This document shows, one piece after another, positions 1 through 11,000 of a DNA stretch of 64,000 nt (position 1 is its first letter; each line of letters opens with the position of its first letter). This DNA is from Candidatus Bathyarchaeia archaeon (GTDB lineage: Archaea; Thermoproteota; Bathyarchaeia; Bathyarchaeales; Bathycorpusculaceae): positions 1-64,000 of the forward strand of contig JAVYWL010000003.1 in the NCBI GenBank assembly GCA_038727135.1, read 5' to 3'. The translations under genes were made by a program, and so were the position numbers. The notes below the pieces were generated by a model. It had not been told where the DNA came from. It was given only the letters and a program-made list of their open reading frames with translations, and did not search any database.

Positions 1-230
1 ATGTCATTATAGGTCTTGTTATCGGAGCGAAGTTCAACCAAAGTATCTGAGAGACGACAGCCACAAGCATGTATGTGAACAGAACAACCCAACGGTAAGA
101 AGACAAGGCTGCTTTCTTCATGTTTGTTCTGTTTTGCCACCTTTACATTGATATGTTTTGCTGTTTAGGAGGCTTTTACATAAATGCTAATAAACCTTCA
201 AGGCTGAATAATAACTCTGAAAGAAGGTTG

Positions 231-1469
231 GTGTTGATTGTGAAGGTTAGTGTTTTGGGTGGAGCTGGAACCATCGGAAGTATGGCTGTTAAAATTCTTG
301 CATCAAGTGGAATGTTCTCTGAAGTCATCATCGGGGATGTTGCCTATGAGAAGGCTAAGAAACTTGCTTCTGAAATAGGTGTAAAAGGAGTGTCAGCGGT
401 TAAGGTTGACGTTACAGACTCAGACAAGTTGCATAAAACGATTAAGAGTTCAGATGTGGTGTTGAGTTGTGTAGGCCCCTTCTACAAGTTTGCACCCATA
501 GTTCTAAGGGCTTCCATAAAGGCTGGGGTTAACCACGTGGATATATGCGATGATGTCGATGCGACAGAGGCTCTTTTAAAAATGGATAAGGAAGCAAAAA
601 TGGCTGGGATTTCGGCGCTCATAGGTATGGGCAGTTCTCCAGGTGTCGCAAACGTCTTAGTCAAGTTTTGCGCCGACACACTTCTAGATGAAGTCGAATC
701 CATAGACATATACCACGCTCATGGAGGAGAGGAAACTGAAGGGCCGGCTGTTGTTAAGCATAGGATTCATTCAATGATTATTCCTGTCCCGGTTTTCCTT
801 GATGGCGAATTTAAAACTGTTAAAGTTTTGGAGGAGAGCGGCAAAGCCTTAGAGGAGGATGTTGAGTTCGCAGAAGTTGGAACGTATAGGGTTTATGCTT
901 ATCCCCATCCGGAAACTATAACCCTTCCAAGGTATATTAAGGGTGTGCGCCGCGTTACAAACCTTGGTTTGGTTTTGCCTCCAGCTTATGCGGAGCTTAT
1001 CAAGGGGATTGTACGCCTAGGAATGACAAGTGAGGAGCCTATAGAAGTTAACGGAAAGAAAATTGCACCCATAGATTTTGCAGTAGCTTTCGCTTTGCAT
1101 CAGAGACCCAAACTTTTGAGGGAAGCCGGAATAACTGAGCCTATGGGATGCCTAAAAATAGTCGTTAAGGGCAAGAGGAAAGGCGAATCCAGCACTTACA
1201 TTTTCTCGATGTCTTCAAGGGGCATGGGCATGCGGGAAGGCACAGGTGTACCCGCAGCTCTTGGAACTATGCTCATGGCTATGGGAAAAATTAAACAAAA
1301 AGGCGTTTTTCCCCCAGAAGCCGCGGTTGACCCCATTGAGTTGTTTATGCTTGCTAAGGAGAAGATACGGATAGGCGGAACCGTCGGCTTACCCATTCGT
1401 GTTGAGCATGTTGATAAAAATGGAAAGGTTCACAGGCTAAGTCTAGAATCGCTGGTTAAGGCGCCTTGA
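231..1469 (+). CDS. saccharopine dehydrogenase-like NAD(P)-dependent oxidoreductase
   Basis: N-terminal Rossmann VLGGAGTIG, SCVGPFY, VDICDD, GMGSSPG and HPETITLP motifs; start probably GTG 231-240 rather than 120. Confidence 0.8.
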   Translation: MLIVKVSVLGGAGTIGSMAVKILASSGMFSEVIIGDVAYEKAKKLASEIGVKGVSAVKVDVTDSDKLHKTIKSSDVVLSCVGPFYKFAPIVLRASIKAGVNHVDICDDVDATEALLKMDKEAKMAGISALIGMGSSPGVANVLVKFCADTLLDEVESIDIYHAHGGEETEGPAVVKHRIHSMIIPVPVFLDGEFKTVKVLEESGKALEEDVEFAEVGTYRVYAYPHPETITLPRYIKGVRRVTNLGLVLPPAYAELIKGIVRLGMTSEEPIEVNGKKIAPIDFAVAFALHQRPKLLREAGITEPMGCLKIVVKGKRKGESSTYIFSMSSRGMGMREGTGVPAALGTMLMAMGKIKQKGVFPPEAAVDPIELFMLAKEKIRIGGTVGLPIRVEHVDKNGKVHRLSLESLVKAP

Positions 1470-3019
1470 ATGGGAAATACATACTAGCCCATGACACTGG
1501 CACGACAAGCAATAAGGCTGTGTTATTGCGGTTAGACGGCAAAATAATCGGATATGCGTCGGCAGAATATCCGGTGTACTATCCAAAAAGAGGTTGGGCT
1601 GAACAAAAGCCGTTAGACTGGTGGAACGCAGTAACCAAAACAACCAGAACCCTTCTGGAAAAGGCGGATGTCAAGCCTTTAGACGTTGCCGCCATCGTGT
1701 TCACAACGCAGATGTCAGGCACACTGCCAGTGGACAGCAACGGCGAGCCACTTATGCCCTGTATGATATGGCTTGATGAAAGAGCTAAAGAGCAAGCTGA
1801 AAAAATGAGTCGCGGAATCATAAAAATCGCCGGGTACGGGCTTACAACCCTCATAAGGTTTCTAACTATAACAGGCGGAATCTATGGGCATGTGGGAAAA
1901 GACCCCATATGTAAAATTTTGTGGGTCAAGGAGGAGCAGCCCAAAATCTACGCTGAAACCTACAAGTTCCTCGACTGCAAGGACTATTTGGTCTACAAGT
2001 GCACTGGAAACTTTGTAATAAGCAGAGATTATGCCAACATCTGGTGGATGATGGACACAAGAAAGGGAAAATTCGACTGGTCGGACATTATCCTCAAAAA
2101 ATATGGGATAGAAAGAGCCAAACTTCCGGAAATAAGGAAAGCAACAGACATAGCTGGAAAGCTTACCTCTGAAGCGGCTGCAGAAATGGGATTGCGCGAG
2201 GGCATACCAGTGGTTGTCGGAGCTGGTGACGTGGCATCAGCAGCCGTAGGTTCCGGCGCAGTTAGGGAGAGAAAAATCCACGCTTACATTGGAACAAGCG
2301 ACTGGCTCGGCTGCCACCTTTCAGAGAGAAAGAAGGACCTGTTTCACTACATTGGCTGTATTTGCAGTGCAAATCCTGACATGTACCTATGCGTGGCAGA
2401 ACAGGAAACAGCTGGAGCATGCCTAGACTGGCTTAAAAATGCAATGTTCAAGGAAAGCCGAGAAGACGTCTATGCCCTTTTCAACGAGATGACGGCGAAA
2501 GTTAAGCCGGGCTCAAATGGCTTAATGTTTACGCCTTGGCTTTTCGGCGAAAGGGCGCCTCTAGACGACCCAACTGTTAGAGGAGGCTTCTACAACCTAA
2601 GCCTCGAGCATACAAGGGAGCACATGGTGCGGGCGGTTCTTGAAGGAGTAGCTCTAAACATGAAGTGGGCTTTATTCTACATGGAAAAGCTTGCCGGGAA
2701 AGCTGACAGCATAAACATAGTAGGCGGAGGTGCCATATCCCACGTTTGGTGTCAAATCCTCGCAGATGCGCTGAACAGAAAGATAAATCGAGTCAGCGAT
2801 CCAAAAGAGGTTGGAGCGAGGGGAGCCGCAATAATAGCCATGATCGCCTTGGGCTATGTTAAAAGTTTCGAGGATGCGGAAACATTGGTGAAGATAGAAG
2901 CTGTTTATGAGCCTAACTCACGGAACGTCGCCGTCTACGAGAAAATCTTCAAAGAATTCAGGAGCATTTATAAAAACAATAGGAAAATGTTTCGAAGACT
3001 AAACTTGAAAACTGGATAG
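1466..3019 (+). CDS. FGGY-family carbohydrate kinase (xylulokinase-like)
   Basis: HDTGTT, GWAEQ, WLDERA, GAGD, GERAP, RAVLEG, VGGGA motifs; start overlaps upstream stop. Confidence 0.9.
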   Translation: MNGKYILAHDTGTTSNKAVLLRLDGKIIGYASAEYPVYYPKRGWAEQKPLDWWNAVTKTTRTLLEKADVKPLDVAAIVFTTQMSGTLPVDSNGEPLMPCMIWLDERAKEQAEKMSRGIIKIAGYGLTTLIRFLTITGGIYGHVGKDPICKILWVKEEQPKIYAETYKFLDCKDYLVYKCTGNFVISRDYANIWWMMDTRKGKFDWSDIILKKYGIERAKLPEIRKATDIAGKLTSEAAAEMGLREGIPVVVGAGDVASAAVGSGAVRERKIHAYIGTSDWLGCHLSERKKDLFHYIGCICSANPDMYLCVAEQETAGACLDWLKNAMFKESREDVYALFNEMTAKVKPGSNGLMFTPWLFGERAPLDDPTVRGGFYNLSLEHTREHMVRAVLEGVALNMKWALFYMEKLAGKADSINIVGGGAISHVWCQILADALNRKINRVSDPKEVGARGAAIIAMIALGYVKSFEDAETLVKIEAVYEPNSRNVAVYEKIFKEFRSIYKNNRKMFRRLNLKTG

Positions 3020-3061
3020 AGACATGCACATTTATTAGCCATAACAGCTCATGTAAAGCTG

Positions 3062-4381
3062 GTGAAAATCATGTCTGAAGAAGTTGAAGCCCTTCCACTG
3101 GCTTTGCCGGAGGGAATAGACCCAGAAAAATATGTTATAGCCACTTACTATGCGGCTATACCGCGGGACTGGCCCGTGGACAAGATTGCCATGGCAGTGG
3201 CCGTTGAACAAAGCACAGGGACGTGGATTCGTGTTCCAGGCGAAACCATAGAGTTACGAAAAAAGCACATAGCCAAAGTAATCGCCATAAACGAGGTTCC
3301 AGACTTTGAGTATGAGGTCCCAGCCGACGTAAAATTGAGGCGATACGTTGTTCAAATAGCCTATCCCTATGAGAATTTTATGAATGAAATTTCAATGCTT
3401 CTAACAACGGTCATTGGCAATATATCTATGGCTGGAAGATTAAAACTTGTGGAATTAACTTTTCCAAAAAGCTATCTTAAAATGTTTAGTGGACCAAAAT
3501 TCGGTGTTCAAGGCTTAAGGGAATACTTAAAGGTGGAGAAAAGGCCCCTCTTAAACAACATGATTAAGCCTTGCACTGGTTATCCGCCGGAGGTTGGCGC
3601 AAAACTAGCCTACGAGGCTTTAGTGGGCGGTGCAGACTTCGTTAAAGATGATGAACTTTTAGCCAACGCGCCCTTCAACACCGTGGAAGATAGAATAGTG
3701 AAATACATGGAGGTTGTTGACCGAGCCGCTCAAGAAACCGGTGAAAAGAAAATGTACACCATAAACGTGACGGCGGACGCGCCGAAAATCTTCGAGTTTG
3801 CAGAGAAAGTCATAGAGCTTGGAGCCAACGCCATAATGGTTAACCACCTAGTGACGGGCGTAGGTGTCTTGAAGGCTTTAGCCGAAGACCCAAGCGTAAA
3901 GGTTCCAATTTTAGGTCACATGGATTTCGCGGGAGCCATCTACGAAGATCCGGAGTCAGGTATGTCATCTCACTTAACCTTGGCGAAGCTTCCAAGACTT
4001 GCAGGCGCAGACATATTGGTTTACCCGGCACCTTATGGCAAGCAACCCTTTTTCCTAAAGGAGAAGTACTTGAAAGCCGGCAGAACCATGCTCTTCCCAA
4101 TGCACAACATTAAGCCAACACTGCCCATGCCATCTGGCGGAATAACACAGCTCCATGTGCCACAACTTATAGCAGATTTAGGCACAGACATAGCTATTGG
4201 AGCAGGTGGAGCCATTCACGCCCACCCGATGGGACCAAGAGCAGGCGCAAAAGCCTTCAGGCAGGCCATAGAAGCAACCATGAGCAAAATCCCACTGGAG
4301 CAGTATGCAGAACAACATCCGGAATTAAAAGCTGCTATAGAAGCATGGAAAGTTGGGCCTGTCTCGCTGTTGCTTGAATAG
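3062..4381 (+). CDS. RuBisCO-like protein (form IV RLP)
   Basis: EQSTGTW, GPKFG, FVKDDE, PSGG, GGAIHAHPMG present; KPK changed to KPC, HR to HM, and the His327 equivalent is absent. Confidence 0.9.
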   Translation: MKIMSEEVEALPLALPEGIDPEKYVIATYYAAIPRDWPVDKIAMAVAVEQSTGTWIRVPGETIELRKKHIAKVIAINEVPDFEYEVPADVKLRRYVVQIAYPYENFMNEISMLLTTVIGNISMAGRLKLVELTFPKSYLKMFSGPKFGVQGLREYLKVEKRPLLNNMIKPCTGYPPEVGAKLAYEALVGGADFVKDDELLANAPFNTVEDRIVKYMEVVDRAAQETGEKKMYTINVTADAPKIFEFAEKVIELGANAIMVNHLVTGVGVLKALAEDPSVKVPILGHMDFAGAIYEDPESGMSSHLTLAKLPRLAGADILVYPAPYGKQPFFLKEKYLKAGRTMLFPMHNIKPTLPMPSGGITQLHVPQLIADLGTDIAIGAGGAIHAHPMGPRAGAKAFRQAIEATMSKIPLEQYAEQHPELKAAIEAWKVGPVSLLLE

Positions 4382-4675
4382 AATAGACTTCAAATGTTGC
4401 GTTGCGTCAAGTTAACGCTGTATAGGCATTCATTGCAGGCGGGCGAATTTGCAAAGCAGTCCACATATTGGTTTTGGTGTAAAAGCATACAATTGAAATA
4501 CTCGAATCTCTAAGCGAATGTCCAAAAAATTTACAGACCTAAAGGAATCTTGCTCAAACGACAAAACAAGAAGCTGAAAGAATTAAAGCCTTAAAAAGAG
4601 GTCTTAAACTACTTAAACGCCTCGAAACCATGGTTTTTCCTTCTTGACCAACCACTATAAAATTTGCACTTGTCA

Positions 4676-5180
4676 CTAAGTTATTTCCGCTATCTGGAGA
4701 GGATAATATGGCCCACACTTTTCAATGTAGCCATCTAAACCAGCTTCTGAGTTAAATGCCGTGATGCTCGGATCCAGATAAGCGTATTCGTTTCTTGATA
4801 AATTATCAACCTTCCACTCATGTGCGGATGCATCATAATATTTAGCAACCCAAAGTTCTTCCCTTATTCTTTTTTCTGTTCGTTCTGGGTTGTAAATTAC
4901 CGTACTTGCTGGTAAAACCTTGATGTATATGGATCCTACCCCACCGCTCATATCGGATGTTGAAAATATAGTCTACCCAATGGGAACCGTTCCATGTTAC
5001 TTTTGGAAAAGAGAAGAATGTTTTATTCGTTTTACCATTCTCATAAAACGTTGTCAATGTATAAGCATTCTCCCACACCGTTCTAGCTAAAGAAAAACAG
5101 GCTTCAGAAGCGGATACCACTCTTGGTAATAAGCGGGAAAAAGATCACGCAGACGAGCACAACTAAAATTAGTCATTATA
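4676..5180 (-). pseudogene. fragmented hypothetical gene (three overlapping frames)
   Basis: Consecutive overlapping minus-strand ORFs 5087-5281, 4842-5120 and 4676-4951 that read as one aromatic-rich protein. Confidence 0.4.
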
Positions 5181-5261
5181 ATCTCCCTCCTTATCTGATT
5201 TTTGCATTTTAGCAAAAAGTATAAAGATTTTCTCTTTAGAATAGAAGACAACAGTGATAAT

Positions 5262-6574
5262 ATGAAGAGGACGTTTATCATTTTGCTGATGATTATATTC
5301 CTTTTGCGTTTTTCAACATTAGCAATGATTCGAGCTACGGCAGAAGAATTAACAATCAGGGTTCCAGCGGATTATCCCACAATTCAAGAAGCAATTATAG
5401 CAGCTGCTCCTGGAAGTACAATCTTGGTAAGTAGTGGAACATACTGTGAAAATTTAATTATAAATAAAACTTTAACGCTTATGGGCGAAGATAAGTTATC
5501 AACTATTATCGATGGTAATGCAATCGGGACAGTTGTTCATGTAAAAGCAAACATGGTTGCTGTCAAAGGGTTTACCCTTCGGAACGGTACACGAGGCGTA
5601 TATGTAGACCAATCTAACGGCTCCATAATTACCGATAATATAATAACATCTAATTGTTTTAGCGGTATTTCTTTGAACAGCTCTTCATTCAATCTTATTT
5701 ATAATAATTTAATCTTAATGAACGTGCATCAACCCCTGCTGGAGGGCTTGTGGTTGGTGACGGCGTTGAGCTACTACATTCAAATGGTAACATAATCAGC
5801 GGTAACAGGCTGATAGGGAATATTGTGCATGGTATAGAGTTAAATCATTCTAATGACAATCTTATTGCGAATAATACTTTTGAAGCTAGTGTTTGTAGCA
5901 TATTGTTAAATGATGCGCAAAACAACACCATTCATCATAACAACTTTATCTTAAGTTGGCATCATGTGGATATAATGGGCTATTCCATGTTAAATAGGTG
6001 GGATGATGGAAGCGTGGGAAATTATTGGGATGATTATTTGGGTTTAGATGACGGTAGTGGTGGCAGAGTTGCTGGCGACAGGGTTGGAGACACGGATTTA
6101 CCCCATCTTGGGGTAGATAATAACCCGCTCATTAATCCTTGGGGTTCAATCCCAATAACATGGGGAAATACAGAATACCCACTCACATTAGTAAGCAACT
6201 CCACCATATCAGCATTCCGATTTCTACAGCTTGATAAAAAGTTGATCTTCAACGTCACAGGTCCACCGAACACTGTTGGCTTCTGCAAAGTTACAATTCC
6301 GAAGGCACTTCTCCAAGGCAACCCCTGGAAAGTCTTGCTAAACAACACCGACATAACAGCACAAACAACCATAAGCGAAAACGAAACGCATACATCTATC
6401 TGCTTCACCTACAACCACAGTACTTACCACGTACAAATAATTGGAACATGGGTAATACCCGAGTTCTCACCTATTACAACGTTACCACTTTTTATACCCC
6501 TAACGGTAATAATCACTGTTTTAACAAGGAAAAAATGGCAAAACTACAAAGACATTCGTATTCGCTTCCGTTAG
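5262..6574 (+). pseudogene. NosD/pectin-lyase-like beta-helix surface protein with PEF-CTERM anchor, frameshifted near 5722
   Basis: Signal peptide, VPADYPTIQEAI, parallel beta-helix repeats, GNYWDDY, C-terminal VIPEF + TM + basic tail; split over ORFs 5202-5795 and 5750-6574. Confidence 0.8.
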
Positions 6575-6584
6575 TCGCTGCTAA
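6566..6584 (+). repeat. 19-bp boundary motif copy 1 (TTCCGTTAGTCGCTGCTAA)
   Basis: Near-identical copies at 11459-11477 and 26269-26287. Confidence 0.6.
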
Positions 6585-6748
6585 GAGAGAAGCGACGAGC
6601 AGTTGTCAATTCACTTAGACGTTATTAACGGAAAGTTGGCAAATGAAAAAGTCTAAAACTACACGCTACGATTATGGTTAAGAGAGGCAAAATCATAATT
6701 TGTTTAGACTTATGTAAAGAATGCTGATCAGTCTTCACATGTCTGCAG

Positions 6749-6780
6749 TAAATTTTAAATTAAATAAATTTTAAATTAAA
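6749..6780. repeat. perfect 16-bp tandem duplication TAAATTTTAAATTAAA x2 in putative promoter
   Basis: Read directly, about 45 bp upstream of the 6824 start. Confidence 0.8.
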
Positions 6781-6823
6781 TCAATACTTAATTAGAATCA
6801 TTGTTGGGAGTTGGACGAAAGTC

Positions 6824-8026
6824 TTGAAGTTTAAATGTTTGCTTTTAGTTGCGTTTTTGTTCCTTATTCGCCCGGCTTTTGCTGTAATTTATATTGATTA
6901 TGGTGTGGCTGATGTTAGGGTTTACGTTGTTATGTTGGATGGTGTTGATGCACATGGGGTTAACAATGTCAGTAGGGCTGTTAAGGGTGTTCTGGAGGCT
7001 GCCAACCAAAGCACTATCACGTGGCCGAGATTTCCTGGAGGCCCCTTGGTGCCGTATGGCAGGGCACTACTCAATGTGGAATGCCTCCTTGTTAATAGTT
7101 GGGATTGGTATAGGGATATTGTTGAGGTAGGATCAAACATTGTAATCGTCAACATTCACGGCGAAACAATCCCAATACCTAGGGGGTATTCGAAGGAGGG
7201 TTGGGTTGACAAAATAGCCGAAGCCATGATTTATAGAAACATAACGTGGGTGCATACAGTCGGATACCCATTCTACTATTATCAAAGCCAAAGCGGTGAA
7301 TGGGCAGAATGGGGAGAAGAAGGCTTTAAAAGGCTAATGGCCCACATGGGGAAGGAAAACGTGACGTGCCGACCCCCGGGCTATCCAGACGTAAAGATCT
7401 ATCTTAGCCTTGGTAATGAATTTGGAGATAATTGGGTTTATTTGTTGTCTCATGCCTTTTTTGCGGAGAGGGGTAATCCCTTAAACGGATCCATGTTTAG
7501 CGACTGCAGTTTAAGAGAGATATGGGGCGTACGGGATGGCTATCTAACCGGCGCAGTATTGAGGTTTAATAAACCTGATAACCCGAAAAGCTTCGGCTTC
7601 TACGTGCACATCGGCACGCGTAAGACATTTAATCCTGACGGCGGCGAAACGGACGGAGATTTTGTAAGAGCATATGTGGGGGCGGCAGCAGCGATATACA
7701 TGAATGCCTATAAACAAATTGTTGAACAGCAAATTTCAAGGGCAGAGGAGGCAATAAGAAGGGCTGAGAGTGAGGGGAGGACGAAAGGCCTCAGCGAAGC
7801 TAAACAGCTATTGGCAGGGGCCATTGAGCATTTCAACAGACTTGGCAGCATTAGTATCATTATGAGTGATTTTGTTGAACCAGCCATTAAAACCGCCACG
7901 AAGGCTGAAAAACCAAGTTTTGTGGAAACTTACGCCAAACACTTAACAATCCTCGGGATAATAGGTTTGCTGACCGCCTCCATGATCATAAAGAGGGTAA
8001 GAAATAAAATGAGGAACCTTCGATGA
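6824..8026 (+). CDS. membrane-anchored secreted protein of unknown function
   Basis: Signal peptide, NIHGETIPIP/WVHTVGYPFYY domain, helical bundle, C-terminal TM + basic tail. Confidence 0.75.
   Translation: MKFKCLLLVAFLFLIRPAFAVIYIDYGVADVRVYVVMLDGVDAHGVNNVSRAVKGVLEAANQSTITWPRFPGGPLVPYGRALLNVECLLVNSWDWYRDIVEVGSNIVIVNIHGETIPIPRGYSKEGWVDKIAEAMIYRNITWVHTVGYPFYYYQSQSGEWAEWGEEGFKRLMAHMGKENVTCRPPGYPDVKIYLSLGNEFGDNWVYLLSHAFFAERGNPLNGSMFSDCSLREIWGVRDGYLTGAVLRFNKPDNPKSFGFYVHIGTRKTFNPDGGETDGDFVRAYVGAAAAIYMNAYKQIVEQQISRAEEAIRRAESEGRTKGLSEAKQLLAGAIEHFNRLGSISIIMSDFVEPAIKTATKAEKPSFVETYAKHLTILGIIGLLTASMIIKRVRNKMRNLR
7610..7656 (+). repeat. 47-nt perfect direct repeat, copy 1
   Basis: ATCGGCACGCGTAAGACATTTAATCCTGACGGCGGCGAAACGGACGG, identical at 8863-8909. 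Confidence 0.95.
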
Positions 8027-11000
8027 GGAGGGTTAAAACAGTTATATTATTAAGCGTGATTCTCGCATCGCTACTATTCACAATCAATCATATCCCAACA
8101 ATTTGGGCGGAACAGGGAAGCGCGAAAGTCTATATAATATGTTTATCTGACGTGCCACATCATAACTATGGAGAAGGCTTCAGCCACGAGCCCAAAGTTA
8201 GGGTTAAGGAGGGCGCTGTCGACGCAATAAAATTCAAAGAAAGTTATAGCTTACCACAGGTACACCCACTGCAGGGTAAAAGCCCACCATACTATAGGAT
8301 CGAATACCAAGTCGTAAGCGACTGGAGCACGTACCGAACAGTAATAGAATATTGGAGCAAAGCCATAGTGATCAACACTCATGGCGAAATCCTCCCAATA
8401 CCTTCAGGATACGACCCCATGGCATGGGTTGGGAAAATCGCTGAAGCATGCCTAACACGCAGACTAACATGGGTTCATACCGGAGGGTACCCCTTCTACT
8501 ACATCTGGCAGCAAGGGGCAACAGCGCCCCAAACATGGCCTTCCGACGGAACCTACGGCTTCAAAAACTTCACAAAGCACATAAACCTCCCAAACGTGAC
8601 ATGCTGGCCTCCTGACCCGCAAGAATACAAAATTTACTTAGATAACCATGCCAAAGAAACTCTTGAGAGGGGATGGAAAGTAGAATCAGCCATATTTGCG
8701 GAGAGAGGAAGACCCCTAAAAGCCTCGGACTTTAAGAATTACACGATTCTTTGCATATGGGGCACGGAAGACGCTTATATGACTGGTGCTGTTATAGCCT
8801 TTGTTAAACCGAGTGAGAGAGCCCTTCCTAAAGATAGGCGTGGCTTTGGGGCTTATGTTCATATCGGCACGCGTAAGACATTTAATCCTGACGGCGGCGA
8901 AACGGACGGGGACTATGTTAGAGGGTATATTGGGGCTGCAGCTGCACTGTGGACTGAAACGGAGGCGTTTGAGTCCATCACGTATTATGAGGAATACACA
9001 GATCCCTGGTACGGGAGCTACTTCTATACCTTAAGTGGTTTCACGGTAACTCCCGTAATAACGTACTATTCCTACCTTGAAGGTTATTGTCATATAAACA
9101 TAGATTTTGGGATTTATGGATTTCTTAAATCTAACACTTCGGATTGGATAGATAAGGTTTCATTTGACCTTATTCCTCCATCTGACTGCTTTGTGATGAT
9201 GTGGACGAACAGGTCGAAGAACGGGTATAGAGAGGATAAGCCGACAATTAGTGTAGACTGGATAGAGGTTTCAAAGGTTGGGATAAGCACACTCTTGTTC
9301 TTTTTATCTCCTGATCCCGGCTCTAAGTTGGGACTTGCAGCAGAAGCCATCAGTGGCGTTATGCTGTTCTCAGACTGGCTAAAAATGCTTCCAACAGTAA
9401 AAGACTCTGAAAAGGGAATCGATAAGTGGGATCAAGAGGTTAGCTTCAAGTACGACCCTGTCGAGTATTACTATACGGATGATAGCCCCTACTACCACCA
9501 TTATAATGAGTTTGAATCAATAATACATATAGAGTGCAGAGTCAACATGGCAAATAGGCGTCAGTGGAGTATCGTTCCAATAGACTTCTTCGTTGGCATA
9601 ATTTCAAACGGAGCTTATAGAGCTTGGAAATGGTCTCGCATATACATCGCCATATTCAACTCTTACGAACGTGAGGATTATGTGGCTTCAATCTTCTTTG
9701 ATGACCTTAAAAATTTAGGTGACTGGAGTTTAGGAGACTCCAACAGCGCAGCCGGATACGATTATTGGGGTTGGTGGGATAAACAAGATACACTTCACTG
9801 TGCTGGGGTTGGGACGAATTCCATTAAGGGTGAGGTCCCGAATCTTGAGGTTGATATATTCCCATATTATGACAAGTGTATGAACGCCTACCTCACAAGG
9901 TCGATAGATTTACGGCCATATAAAAATGCTTGGCTTAGATGCGACTTGACCTACCTCTTTGTCATGGATGGAGACTATGTTGCAATAGAAGCCTACTACA
10001 ATAATGTATGGAATAATCTGGCCACATACTCAGGCATGGCTGGCCCAGGCATTCACCCAATAGAATTTCCCATACCCACCTCCACAACTCTAATAAGATT
10101 TAGGTTTTTCAGCAACGATGATGATAATATAGGTTGGGGGGCATTCCTTGACTATGTTGAAATAAGGGCTGAGCTTCCAAACGATGCAAACAGCATGACT
10201 GATGCGGGAGACACCTTCAGCTCAGCCACATATATTGGGCAAGGAATCTTCGCCGGTTACTTAAACTTTGACGAGGACTGGTATAGTTTCACCGTAACAG
10301 GCAATGACATAGGGAAGTATATCTATTTCACATTAAGTTCCCCATCAAACGCCCGTTTCGCGGCTGAACTTTATGATCCAAACAATCAGCGTAAGGCAGG
10401 GCCTTCAGAGGAAATAGTTTACCGCCTTTCCACAGCTGATCCCCTTGGAAATTGGAGGATAAGAATTTATCCAATAATGGGCTTTGGACAATACTCTTTT
10501 GAAATAAAAATTACAACGACTCCTCCTACTTCAGGAGGGGGTTGCCCGTTCCTATACGTGTGGGATGGTGGATGCTACGTTATTGAAAATAACATACTGC
10601 CTGCTTCGGAACAGAGCAACGGGTCAGATGCTGAGGACTACTATTTGCTGCAGCGAAAGCCTGTCCCAATCTACCAAGGTTTAGAAATGTCGCTTTATTC
10701 ATTCCTAATAGCTGAATTTGAGAAGGAACATTCATACATAGACCAACTAATGCTCATCGCCGTTGATCATGATCCAGAAGTCAACATAGCCCTCACAGAG
10801 GAGGGGGAAATTGTAACATATAAGAGTCCAACGCCGCCATTGTCATGCATCGACAATCACGGCGAAAGCAGGCTCAGCGAAGTTAGCCAAATGGATGGAG
10901 ACGTTTCAGACCCCTCAACATTCTTCTACGGCGAGAGAGGCGACTGGCTTATTTTAAACTTTGGAAAAGTAAACGCGTCAACAGCAAACCTAATAATAAG

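Noticed and set aside
3062-4381. Bona fide form III RuBisCO / CO2 fixation
   Set aside because: The K177, R295 and H327 equivalents are substituted, which fits a form IV RLP.
6649-6711. Canonical integron attC (GTCTAAA...TTTAGAC)
   Set aside because: It lacks the invariant AAC/GTT triplets and R-L spacing, and the nearby integrase shows no IntI-specific insertion.
7610-8909. Diversity-generating retroelement TR/VR pair
   Set aside because: The copies are identical with no adenine-specific mismatches, both are coding, and no reverse transcriptase is present.
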